DNA of 63,846 bases, filler included, from Aduncisulcus paluster (GCA_024181965.1; 9 parts of 9 records of this genome joined end to end with filler, not necessarily neighbours in it), one strand, 5' to 3'; shown: positions 46,467 to 58,701, counted from the whole stretch's first letter. Numbers and translations: made by a program. The notes: generated from the sequence alone by a model not told the origin.

Positions 46467-48388
46467 TTAAGGGTGTCCAATCATCCGGGAATAATATTCA
46501 CGCAGGCTTGATGAATATTCATGGACTCTCTTGGTGATCAGTTCCTTACTATTTTTAAATAATTCAATCTTTCTATCCACTTCCACGCTGTATAATTCGG
46601 CTTCTCTCATGGAAGACTTCTTATCCTCTTCATGTTTATGTCTAATTTCATCGAGTTCCTTTTCAAGTGCATCATTTTCCCTTTTCAGCTTATTATAGTT
46701 TTTCTTCAATACAACTATACTCGACATCTCTTCATGACTCGTATAAGACTTCTTTAACGACCGTGGGGACTCTTCATCACTCGATTCAGATGGTGAGTGT
46801 GATTCAAAAATCTTCTTTTCAAGCTCATGTTGTTGTATTTTAAGTGATTGTAATGTTTGTTTCTTTTCTGAAAGAGATTCTCCACAAATACTCGCGAATG
46901 TTTTGAGACGACTCAGAAGTAACTCAATATTTCCGAGCGGAGATAAAGAATCAGAGCACCTTAATTGGATTGAAGATTCTGTCAATGTCATGTCTTCTTG
47001 ATCATCTTTAACTTCAATACCGATAGTTGGGATATCCTCATTGCACTCATCCGCTTGAAAGTTAAATGATGACAATTGTTCCTTAATTTCCTTCATTTTA
47101 TGGTGCTTAATTTCCTCATAGTATTTGGACAACTTCTCTTCAATTTCAGAAATAGAGGCTTCTTTCTTTGCAATCAAGGACTCAAGGGAGGCATTCCGTG
47201 CCTTGAAAGCACGTATATCGAGTGGTTGGAGAGGTTGAGAATCACGACGGGCCTTCAGGGAGTCTTGATATTTCTTTCGTTCGTCTATTGTTTGTAGCAG
47301 ATTCGAATATACTTTTCTGTCATCTTCTAGACTATTTGTAGCCTCAGTTTTCTTGTGAATGATTTCTTTACGTTCGGTTTCCAATTGNNNNNNNNNNNNN
47401 NNNNNNNAGCACGTATATCGAGTGGTTGGAGGGGTTGAGAATCACGACGGGCCTTCAGGGAGTCTTGATATTTCTTTCGTTCGTCTATTGTTTGTAGCAG
47501 ATTCGAATATACTTTTCTGTCATCTTCTAGACTATTTGTAGCCTCAGTTTTCTTGTGAATGATTTCTTTACGTTCGGTTTCCAATTGATCTAAACTTTTC
47601 TCTAACTTCTCAAGTTCACTCCTTTTTACATCAAGCTGAGACCCACGGGATCGACTCTCGAGTTCCTTCTTGAGATCTGCCAACTCAGCCTCAAGCGCGG
47701 CCTTTTTACGATGAGACCTTAAAAGTTTTTCTTCAAATAATTTTGGGATTGGGTCGAGTTCATCCTCTCCTGTTTCGCCTTTGACATTAAATGCATGATA
47801 ACTTTCGAGAAGACATCGATTGATCAGAAGATGTTCTGGTTCTGTTATAAGGCTCTCATCTTTCCCTTCTTCTCCCTCTTTTTCTTCTTCCTCCTCTTCC
47901 TCTCCTCTTTCTCCCTCTTTTTCTTCTTTATCTCTTGACTCATTATAGAGTGGAAGCCAATCATCGTCAAACGGATCGAAGAGAATATTCTCCACGATCC
48001 ATCCGAAAAATTTCAAAACCGAAAGATATTTATACGACCGTGGAAGTTGAACAAAATCTTTCAGATATTTCTGCAGGTCAATAATTTGCTTTGGACAATG
48101 CAAGACCGAGAGATATGTTTCAAGTTTTAGTGGAGGAGACTCAGAGGTAAAATGAATAAAAAATAATTTTTTAGACCGATTCACAGACTTGAGTTCAATA
48201 TCGGAAATTGTTGGGTCAAATTGTTCAAGAAGAAATGCTAAAATTTTGCGCATAGTCTCAGGCATTAAATTATTTCCTTGATCTCCCTTCTTAAGAGCTG
48301 ATGCGAGAGATGTTTCGTAATTCCAGTCAAGAACTGTAGTAATTATACGCAGAGATTCAGTCGAAGGGTCAGAAGTTGTTAAATCCAT
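46467..48388 (-). CDS. NDC80: Kinetochore protein Ndc80/Hec1-like (573 aa after removing the 200-nt gap artefact)
   Basis: CH-like N-terminus (ILAFLLEQFDP..LSVLHCP..LSVLKFFGWIV), then LLESYHAF..G..EL, then a long coiled coil broken by a non-helical loop. 47208-47387 is duplicated at 47408-47587. Confidence 0.65.
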
Positions 48389-48721
48389 CACTTCATGCTA
48401 GCAAATCAATATATTTTTATGTTTTTTCTTAATTCTATTAATTGAGCATAATTTTTAGAAATATCAGTATAAAATTATAATAATATGATTTAAAGTATTT
48501 GAATCTCCCACTTTCTAGCATTCTTTCAATCTATATAATGCCCAATGCAATTTTTTTCGTTATCGAAAATGGAAAAATAAATAATAACATATTTATTGAA
48601 TATTTATCATAAACATGATTAATAAGTATTGCATTGGGCGTAAAAATCCATCGCAGAATGTCAAAGATTTTACTTTCAAATTATTGAAATCCATTTGGGT
48701 GCATTGTCCAATAACTTGTCA
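48389..48721. promoter_or_regulatory. Putative bidirectional promoter with mirror-image motifs
   Basis: GCCCAATGCAAT (48540-48551) and ATTGCATTGGGC (48628-48639) form a perfect inverted pair; ATTTGAA (48497-48503) and TTCAAAT (48675-48681) sit about the same axis. Confidence 0.6.
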
Positions 48722-50543
48722 ATGAAAACCCAAGACAAGAAACTTAAAAAGGAAATTGACGAGCTTACCCAAGCTATTTCCGATCTTAAAAGAACATATC
48801 CCGATGAAATTAAATTTTCGGAAAATCTCCGATCTAATATCGAAGGATTAGAACATACTATACATAAGGATGCTCATAGGCGTCGAATCCATGAGGAAAA
48901 AGCCATGGCGATATTCACCGAGTTGTTTATGACTCATGTGGGTAGTTCTCCAGATGAAATGGCTTCTCGCTTCAGGCTTTATCAAAAAGATACATCAGAA
49001 GAATCAACTTCCAAAGCAAATTGTGTTTTATGGAGGGAGATCAGTAAGATTATGAAGGCCTTGGATGTTCCCCTTACATTTCACACATTTCATTTCCCAT
49101 CACCGAGAAAGATGTGCTCAATTCTATTTAAATATTGTAGCTTTTTTGAATATGGAAAAACGATAACAAAGGATCTTGTTGCGACAAGGGAAACCTTGGA
49201 AAAAGACGCGCAGCTCTCCAAAAAAACAAAATTAGAAATTATAAAAACAAAAGCAGCGATTGAAAAGTTTAGGGAGAAAGAGGAAGAAGAACAAGAAGAA
49301 ATAGCTGAAATTGATGATAGAATATTTTCATGTACAAAAGAGATTCAGAGACGTCAACAGGACATTGAACTTGATACAAAAGAGTATTCGAAGGTCCAAA
49401 TGTTAGTACAGCTAATTCAAAATTCAAAACGGGAACCTCAATCAATTTTGGATGCCCTTGAAGAGTCGATCAAAGTTATCGAATCTGAGATTGTCTCTGG
49501 TGGCGAATCATTGATAAAAAGGGGTGATGAACTTGAAAAAGACTGTGTACAATTGTCAAAGAAAGAAGCAGATTTAAGATACCGCCTGAAAACATATGAG
49601 AGTATTGATGCGGAATTATCAACCGTAAGCTCGGAACTTGCAAAGACGGACGAAATGTTCCATCGTATTAAGGAAGGCAAGAAAGTAGAAGAGCTGATTC
49701 TTGATACCGAAATTGAAATAGAAGGAAGAAGAACAAGAAGAAATAGCTGAAATTGATGATAGAATATTTTCATGTACAAAAGAGATTCAGAGACGTCAAC
49801 AGGACATTGAACTTGATACAAAAGAGTATTCGAAGGTCCAAATGTTAGTACAGCTAATTCAAAATTCAAAACGGGAACCTCAATCAATTTTGGATGCCCT
49901 TGAAGAGTCGATCAAAGTTATCGAATCTGAGATTGTCTCTGGTGGCGAATCATTGATAAAAAGGGGTGATGAACTTGAAAAAGACTGTGTACAATTGTCA
50001 AAGAAAGAAGCAGATTTAAGATACCGCCTGAAAACATATGAGAGTATTGATGCGGAATTATCAACCGTAAGCTCGGAACTTGCAAAGACGGACGAAATGT
50101 TCCATCGTATTAAGGAAGGCAAGAAAGTAGAAGAGCTGATTCTTGATACCGAAATTGAAATAGAGAGGCTGGACTGTGAGGTTTCTTTGCGTGATACTAA
50201 ATATATCCCTCAGATCGATCATGGAGAAATCGATCAGCTTATTCGGGGATTTGAAACCAATACCAGGGAGTTTGATGAGAAAACTCAGTGTGATGATGAA
50301 ATTGCCCACCAAAAACTGGATCTTGAGGATAAGATAAGTGTTTTTGAAGATTCGATTAAATCCCGTAAAACTCAAATTGAAAAGTATAAGAGAGCTAACG
50401 AGACATCGAAGGAGGAAGCCAAAGAAAACAAAAAACGACTAAGAGCAAGACTTGACAAGGAGGAAAAAGATTATGATCGATTTATTGCAAATCTTAAGAG
50501 TGCCCTCGATCCTGAAAGTTTTCCAAAAGAAGAAGAAGAATAA
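48722..50543 (+). CDS. NUF2: Kinetochore protein Nuf2-like (459 aa after collapsing a 442-nt tandem duplication)
   Basis: AMAIFTELFMTHVG..LWREISKIMKALDVPLTFHTFHFPSPRKMCSILFKYCSFFEY resembles the end of the Nuf2 CH domain (L..M....V.DF...DL..P...R....LS..INF..F), followed by coiled coil. 49281-49722 is repeated at 49723-50164. Confidence 0.65.
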
Positions 50544-50573
50544 CGATAAGGAACGAATTTTCATTCCGAAACG

Positions 50574-50921
50574 ATGCAAGATCTTGTTCTGAAGCGTAAA
50601 GAGGTTGATGCCGACTATCAACAAGCTCTGAAGGAAAACACTGATGCCGTCAAATATTTATCCCATCTTGAAGAGCAGAAGTTGCGTCTTGGCCAGAAGC
50701 TTGAGAGCTATGTCCAATCCACTCTCTCCACGGCTGGGCCTGATCGTGAAACTGGTGCTCATCGTGAAGAATTGATTGAGCTTGATAAGATGCAAAAGAT
50801 GTCGAGAGAGCTTCGTGATGAATGTGACACCCTCCGTGCGACTGTTATGTTGCTAAGATGTAAAAGTGGAAGCATTCGAGAGGCCGGAGAAGATGAATTT
50901 GTTCCGGAAGGTCCCATGTAG
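50574..50921 (+). CDS. Short coiled-coil ORF resembling the extreme C-terminus of CFAP44/WDR52
   Basis: ALKENTDAVKYLSHLEEQKLRLGQKL...LRATVMLLRCKSGSI resembles the CFAP44 tail (L..NT..L..L..L...K..L...L ... LRRKGG.I), from recall. Confidence 0.45.
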   Translation: MQDLVLKRKEVDADYQQALKENTDAVKYLSHLEEQKLRLGQKLESYVQSTLSTAGPDRETGAHREELIELDKMQKMSRELRDECDTLRATVMLLRCKSGSIREAGEDEFVPEGPM

Positions 50922-51350
50922 GTGAAGTTTTATTGAATAAATCTGTTATAAGTATGTTTCTTACATGTTCGGAATAAATTATTTGCATAAAGACATTCTG
51001 TTGGTTGTTCTACAGAATTAATGCTTGGAGCAAATTTACTATTCCGAAATAAAATATTAATTCCAGTTTTTGGATTCCCATCCAAACCAGCCTGGCCAAA
51101 AAATAAGTTTCTTGATTTTTGTCTCAAGTAATCTGTACTCTTCCCAATCAAAAGGCGAGATTTTATTTTATTTTTGTTTAACATTGTCAAAAGTATTCCC
51201 ATAATCCTTGTTGTATGTCAAATTCTCCATGAACAGATTAAATGGAATCGGACACATTGATCTGAACATGGTATCAGAACGTTTTTATCTCCTTTGAACC
51301 ACTTACTTTTCTTGTTTAACATTTTCATTAGATACGATATCAAATTATCA

Positions 51351-52430
51351 ATGAGTTCATCCACAGATATTGAAACCATAAAGTGTGAGGTTTATGTTGC
51401 TAGAGGAGGCTTTGATTGCAATCCAATTCCCAGAGATGGCCCTAACGTTAAGAATCCAGAGTTTACGAGTATTGTGGCTAGCAATGAAACCGAGGAAGAA
51501 GGATCACCTGGCTTCGATCAAAGTTCTGGTGCACAAAAGATGATGCGTGGAGAGGAGAATTATGATTCTATCTTTACTTTTATCTCGCTTCCTTTTTCTT
51601 CTCCTACCCCAATGAAAGGCGCTTATATCTGTTTGGATTGTAGTTTTTTACCAGAACATCTTCTCTTCACGTTCACTTCTTCAAAGAGTGAAAAGATATC
51701 CAAGAAATACGATATTATAAAATTTCAAGGTTGGCTTTGGTTTTTCTTGCCCATTGATCTCTCTGACGTTGTTTTATGTGAGATCACGGGGAAAGGAAGA
51801 GAAAAAGAATGGTTTGTAATCAGATCTCTTGTTTTCTTTCAAGAAGACACCCCCGATGAAATCATGGCCCGTGAAGCCAAAGAGAAACTCTGGTCTGAAG
51901 CTCCAGTTCTGGAACCCTATATTGCTTGGTCTATAACTTGTCCGGATGATTTCATTTCCATTCGATCCGATGATCCTAGGCGTGTCAACCCTTTGTACTC
52001 GATGGTCAAGTGCAAGAATAATGTGTTTTGTGAGGAATCTGTGTATTATGATCAGAGTTCTCAAGCTCAAAAAATGTTGAAATGGGAAAGTGGTGAATGT
52101 GGGCAAGACGCTGTTCTATTGTCCCATATTTCCATCCCTTTTCCATCCCCTAGCCCCCTGAAATGTGTGTATTCCTATGTGACTGAGTGTTGTTCACCCT
52201 CTCTGCTCTTCACTTTCACAGATTGTACCGGTAAGAAGACATCGATAAGGTATGACTTTTCAAGGCCTATTGATGAATGGTACTACCTTTACATTAACTT
52301 GCCGAATGTTGTGTTATGCGAGATTGAAGGAAAAGGAATGTGGGATAGGCGACAAAGTAGCCAGTTCTGCATCGACTCTCTCGTTTTTATTAAGTCGGAG
52401 GAACTCGAAGCTGCATCTGAATGCAAATAG
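51351..52430 (+). CDS. Intact two-domain member of the lineage-specific 'MKGAYI' beta-rich family
   Basis: Two tandem units: AQKM..G..ISLPFSSP.PMKGAY..LLFTFT..K..KY..W..L.I.L..VVLCEI.GKG..F.I.SLVF. Confidence 0.8.
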   Translation: MSSSTDIETIKCEVYVARGGFDCNPIPRDGPNVKNPEFTSIVASNETEEEGSPGFDQSSGAQKMMRGEENYDSIFTFISLPFSSPTPMKGAYICLDCSFLPEHLLFTFTSSKSEKISKKYDIIKFQGWLWFFLPIDLSDVVLCEITGKGREKEWFVIRSLVFFQEDTPDEIMAREAKEKLWSEAPVLEPYIAWSITCPDDFISIRSDDPRRVNPLYSMVKCKNNVFCEESVYYDQSSQAQKMLKWESGECGQDAVLLSHISIPFPSPSPLKCVYSYVTECCSPSLLFTFTDCTGKKTSIRYDFSRPIDEWYYLYINLPNVVLCEIEGKGMWDRRQSSQFCIDSLVFIKSEELEAASECK

Positions 52431-52925
52431 ATATGTTTCTCTCTTTGATCACAGTAGGAACAACTCATGAGTTATTCCTCCCAAAAAACAATGCAGCGTG
52501 ATAGGTTGTTAATTATAATTTATTCAAGCTATTAATGATCCGGTCTGAATCAGAGTGAACAAAGACGATGGATTTGAGTGAGCATACAGAAGTAATTCAC
52601 GAGGATATCGGCATGAGCATGCCATGCTGGCTTGTTAGCTGAGGATGAATTTTTCACATCACATCATAGGATCAAAACAAATCAATAAATCTTTCACGAT
52701 TTGAACATTATTATGAACCAATAAAACAATAAAAAAAATAGTTAATTTATAAAAAAATTAATATTCTCAAAAAGTTAAAAAAAAAAAAAAAAAATGAAAT
52801 TGAAAAAAATATACCAGGGTAAAATTATAAAAATGAGAACAAATATAGAATGTATAAAAATAATCGACTTTATACAAGCAAGTTTAAAAACAGTGTCACG
52901 ACAACTTGAAATGTCGTATTCTCTT

Positions 52926-55900
52926 TCACTTCCTTACTCCCATTCTTCGATTTAACTTCGAATTTAATTTCTTGTTTTCCTTCATAACCTTATTGTACGC
53001 AGCCTTAAGCTTTTCAATGACAGCAGCGGCCGTTCTAGCATTTCCACGGAGCCGTTGCAATGTTTCCACTCGAGAATGTTTCTCTTCTTCTATCCGCTCG
53101 AGTTCTTCGAGACTGCGTTTAAGCTGATCACACTTCACTTCATAGAGTTTTTCTTGTTCTTGATATTCATTCGATTCCCGTTGAGACCAGATATCACATT
53201 GAGAGAGAACTCCAGTGGCACACCGTGAGAATTTGCATGATCGCCACTGTTCCTCAAGGGAAAGGTTCTGAATAATGGATTGACATTGAGAAAGAAGGCA
53301 TAAAACCGATGAGAAGGATTTTGAGGAAGGTGAAAGGATCAGAGCAGATGACTTAACTCCACGAGGGAGGCTTGGAGAGACGGATGAAGATGGCCGATGA
53401 TCTTGATCTTTCCTTATACCATTGTCTATTGAAGTAACAGTGCCACGAGATAAAGACGTGGAATCATAAGCAGACGTAGATATACCTCCAAGATCCCCCA
53501 GACACTCCATCAAACTCTCCATGAGTCCATGAAGCTGAGCACCTGCACTTGTCAATGGACGAACAAATCGTTCAAGTGATGCAAATCCAACCATTTTCTC
53601 CTTTTTACGTCGCAATTGGCTTATACTCAGTCCAACGCCACTTGATTTCTTTGTGAGTTTATCTGACTGATGCCCATCTTGTTTGGTGGAATAACCAGCG
53701 GTTGGAGGTGGAGTCGAAGCTGAGCGAGCAGATCGGTTTAAGCGAGCACTGGGAGAACTCTCACCAATAAATGAAGCCTTTGATGGATTCGAGGATTCTA
53801 TATTCTTGGGTGCCACTTCAGTCTCATCACATTCGAGCCAATCGTCCCGTCCTTTTCTCTCCCATTCCTTTGCTACCATCATAACAACATCTTCACATAC
53901 TTTGGCACCTTCTCCAAGTATTCCTGCACTGAGCGAGGCAAAACGTCGAAGTCTTGTCTCGGAAGTGGCCAAGGTACTCCTCAGGGAGGACAAGAATGAG
54001 GTGATGAGAGACAGCATGAAGCTAAGGGAGTGGACAGAAGGAGGAAGGGAGTTTGAAGAAATAGGGTGGATGAGAGAAGAAAGTGAACCACAGTTGTGTG
54101 AATTGAATCCTCTTTTGATTGAAGCTGCCCTTCCTTTCCTCGTAACAGAACTGCTTCGCATGCTGTTGGTAATCCCAAGAGTGTCACGTTCGTGTACATT
54201 TCCAAGGGCTTCCTCCTCGGAGGGAATATTATCATCGGAATAGATAACCTCTTGCGAACATGAGCGCGAGTTCTTGGAGGNNNNNNNNNNNNNNNNNNNN
54301 AGAAGAAAGTGAACCACAGTTGTGTGAATTGAATCCTCTTTTGATTGAAGCTGCCCTTCCTTTCCTCGTAACAGAACTGCTTCGCATGCTGTTGGTAATC
54401 CCAAGAGTGTCACGTTCGTGTACATTTCCAAGTGCTTCCTCCTCGGAGGGAATATTATCATCGGAATAGATAACCTCTTGCGAACATGAGCGCGAGTTCT
54501 TGGAGGAAGATAGTGTAGAGGACAGGGAAGGAGATGAGGCAGCTGGAAGAGATGTGGTGGTGACATTGGGAAGCATCCATGAAGATGGTTTGTATGGATT
54601 CTTCGTTGTTCGAGAGCTAGGCACACCTCGAGCACTGACACTTCTTCTCCTTCCTTGAGAATCATAATGAGTGGCTGATGTCTGAGACAACTTCTTTCGA
54701 TAATTCTGAAGCTTTATAAACGCAGCATACTCTTCTGCATCACGTACAAGGTCTTCTCCGGGTAATATGGCAATACCACGATCACGGATAATTTGACCAC
54801 GGGGACCCTTATGAACACATGTAATTTGTAACACCCTCGCGAACTCCTTCAGTTCTGAAACGATCATATCTTTTTCCGATGGTTTCATATTTGCTGAATG
54901 TCTTGATTTTGGAATGTCGAGTTTCTCGTTTGATACTCGGCCAGAACCGGCATTAATAGAATCATCACTCTCCTCGATCGTCTTTGTATCATCATCATCT
55001 TCACCATCTAAATGAAGATCATATGAAGTACAAGTAGTACTTGACTTAACCATTGGATCCATCGAATGTCCATTCCGTGCATCATGTTTTCCTCGTGATT
55101 CTGTTGATTCTCCTTTCTTTCCTTCCTTTCCTGTGTGTCTATAACGATCCTCTAACTTATGTGCTGGAGCAGATCCATCATCGATAGGGGACTTACTTCC
55201 ATCTTTTGCTTCACTATTAGTGTCGTAATTTGAACTCTTTCGACTGGTTTGATGATGGGAAATAATATCGCGTAAACGATCAATCTCTGAATCTCGGTAG
55301 GCCAATTGATCCTTTAATTCGGCCAATTGTTTATCCTTCTCTGCACATCTGGCAATCTCAGCATTCTTTTCCTCTCTTTCTCTCTCCTTTCCTCTTTCAC
55401 TGAGTTGCCACTTCTTCCGAAGCTCACACAACTCCCTTTCCATTTCGTGCACCACACGAATCCATACTTTCCTCTCGTCTTCTTTTTCCTTCGCAAATTT
55501 TGATCGTTCTTGCTTCNNNNNNNNNNNNNNNNNNNNATCTCTGAATCTCGGTAGGCCAATTGATCCTTTAATTCGGCCAATTGTTTATCCTTCTCTGCAC
55601 ATCTGGCAATCTCAGCATTCTTTTCCTCTCTTTCTCTCTCCTTTCCTCTTTCACTGAGTTGCCACTTCTTCCGAAGCTCACACAAATCCCTTTCCATTTC
55701 GTGCACCACACGAATCCATACTTTCCTCTCGTCTTCTTTTTCCTTCGCAAATTTTGATCGTTCTTGCTTCATACGTTCATTCCTCTGCCGTTCCTGCAAG
55801 AATCTCCCGGAAAGTGTTGAGATCGACCACAAGGAAGAGAGAGGATTGTGGGGTTGAACGATATGTTTACGACCTTCTGTGGTACTCGATAATACTGATG

Positions 55901-58601
55901 AAGAAGAAGGAGAACTCGACGAAGGAGCTCCGGGAGAGCTTGGAGGAGGAAGAGCTGCAAGAGAGGAGAGAGATGCTGAGGAGAGAGACGATGGGCGGAA
56001 AAGAGACGATGGAGATGGAACAGATGGTGGCTGTGCGATATGATGATCATAATCAGACCCTGCACCAACTCCATGATGGGAGCTAAGAACTTTCTTACGA
56101 ATAGATGAAGAAGAATCTCCTTGTAAACCACGGTCAGATGATGAGAGAGAGAATGTTGTGCTGCTTGGTGATAATGGAATCTGATCCAATAATCTATTTT
56201 TGGGCACTTCTGAGAAGGTATGCTTATTATTATTCGTAATATTGGAAGTGGATAAATCTTTAGTATCGGTTTGTTGCATTTGTGTTGATTCCATTTCGTC
56301 TCCATTTGGATGATTAACACTTGGAGTTTGGGTGTTTGAAGATATAGGATCACGTCTTGCATCGTTCATCCACTGTTCCATCTCCTTCTCTCTCTCTTCC
56401 CTCTTTTTTTCTGCATGTAAATGTGCCATCCACGTCATTACGAGGGACGTGAGAGACGATATCAGGGAGAGAAGGGAGTGACCCTCAATCTCAGGAATGT
56501 CAAATGATTGTTCATNNNNNNNNNNNNNNNNNNNNATATTGGAAGTGGATAAATCTTTAGTATCGGTTTGTTGCATTTGTGTTGATTCCATTTCGTCTCC
56601 ATTTGGATGATTAACACTTGGAGTTTGGGTGTTTGAAGATATAGGATCACGTCTTGCATCGATCATCCACTGTTCCATCTCCTTCTCTCTCTCTTCCCTC
56701 TTTTTTTCTGCATGTAAATGTGCCATCCACGTCATTACGAGGGACGTGAGAGACGATATCAGGGAGAGAAGGGAGTGACCCTCAATCTCAGGAATGTCAA
56801 ATGATTGTTCATTATCTTCACATGGCATGGATGATTCGTTTAGTTGGGATCTAGACTGAGATTGCCGTTTAGAAGAGAAATAAGAGGAAGAAGAGGCCTT
56901 GTTGGAAGAAGAATGAGGTGAATGTGTGGCATGGAGAGAGGATACGGCTGGAGTATCATCAGGCAAGAAAGGATTAACAAACATTTGGGGGTCTTCTTTC
57001 TCCTCATCGCCATTACCATGCTCCTCAAGTTCCTCAGTGATCATGGCTCTTTCCCTCAGTGGAATATGACCGATTGTATAATGTCTCCCCTGGGGATTCG
57101 CCTGTAGTTCTGAGAGTGGAGCAAGCGAAGAAGACCCATCGGTGTGTGGACTAGTAGAACCTTTAGAAGGACGTGGCACTCCAATATGGGATGTCGAGGA
57201 AGACACATCGACTCCAGAACGATGAGTGGAAGAGGAAGCAAATTTCTTTGTTCTGCTTTGCAACACACGCTCTCTCTCGCGTTGCAACTCTTCGATCTGT
57301 TTAGCTCTCGTGGCTTTGATCTTTTCCTGTTCTTGTTGAGCTCTTTCAGACTCAGTCATAGCAACTCGATCTGCAACATGTAAAAGGGAACTAAGCTCAG
57401 ATCCAGAGGGACACGAGGAGCGAGCATCGAAGGAACTGCCTCGACTTGAGGATGCACGCAGGAGAGTCTTGGTGTCAGGAGTGGAAGAGCCAGAGAGAAG
57501 GCCAGGTTTTCTTGGGATAATGTTTCCTTCTTCCTGCATCCGTCGAACGTATTCTATCGTCTGTTTTGATAGTTTAGGGACATCTCTTTGTGAGGGATGA
57601 ACTGGTGGCTCGACAGATGTGGATTTATACCGAGTGTTATTACAAACAGAGCCACTTTCTTCAGTAAATCTGGTTTGTGAACTTGACCCCGAGACTCTTG
57701 GTCTTGACTCATCCTTTTCTCTCTCTTGCAGCCTGGCAATCTCTTTTTTCCTTTGGCTCCATCTCAGCTTGCGCTGTATCTCCATTTCCTTGATTTCTCT
57801 CTGAACCTCATGAGCCAATGTTCTTATTGTCTTCTCACAGAGTGAGTTGGTATGCAATAGAGTGTCATATGAGTGTTCAAGCGACGATATGTTCTCAGCA
57901 AAGGGTAGACCAATCATCTGAGAGTCAGTGAAATGTCCAGGTGGGCCTGCTCCAAGTGTGGGAGGCAAAGGAGGAGAAGTTGAAGAGGAAGGGAAAGGAA
58001 TTGTTACACTGCCAGCATCTTGATCTGTGATAGTCCCAGTTCTGCGTCTAATTGGACTTGCGTTGTGTGTTGACGGAGTTGAAGAGGTTGAGTCCATACT
58101 CCTTGTTCTAGAAAGAAGATGTTCGCCGACAATACCCTCATTATCATACAAATCTTTATCATCATTCTCAATGACTTCATTTCTATATTTAGAATCATAC
58201 GAATAAGCAGGACTTTGATACTGATCCCCACTCCTCGGTTCGGATGTTCCTTCGATTCTTCCTTGGGTATATGTGTCAGTACCAGCCTCCAAGAAGGACA
58301 TTCGAGAAGATGAAAGGTATTTCGAGTTATCAGTCCTCGGATCTGCGTATCTCTCTACTTTCTGGGTTGATGAGGCTCCAAATTTGGTCACGCCATCATC
58401 TTCTTTATGATAATTATGTGTTCCAATGGACTCATTGAGAGCTGGAGGAACGATAGGCTTTGCAAAGGAAGCGCCAAGCTCAGCGGGGACTGCTTGAGGT
58501 GTGGTAATGGCAGTATTACCGTGGAAAGATGGGGGAGGGGAAGAGGAACCAGAAGGAGAAGAGGAGGAGGAGTGTGTGGGGGTAAATGTGGTTCGTAGAA
58601 G
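52926..58601 (-). CDS. Single large Ser-rich/coiled-coil protein, 5'-truncated (about 1632 aa after removing three gap duplications)
   Basis: Removing offsets of 226, 254 and 297 nt at gaps 54281, 55517 and 56516 gives one continuous frame from the contig edge to TGA at 52926. Confidence 0.75.
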
Positions 58602-58701
58602 NNNNNNNNNNNNNNNNNNNNNNNNNNNNNNNNNNNNNNNNNNNNTTAATTAATTAANNNNNNNNNNNNNNNNNNNNNNNNNNNNNNNNNNNNNNNNNNN
58701 N

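Noticed and set aside
50541-50573. TAA/TAG-to-Gln reassignment (hexamitid code) fusing NUF2-like with the next ORF, or rescuing ALG13 and the ACSL upstream ATG
   Set aside because: Long conserved genes here have no internal TAA/TAG and end in TAA or TAG at expected positions (e.g. the permease and ALG13); NUF2-like already has a normal length.
51269-51280. TGGTATCAGAAC resembling a tRNA-iMet primer-binding site
   Set aside because: No adjacent LTR or gag; one mismatch to the canonical PBS; likely chance.
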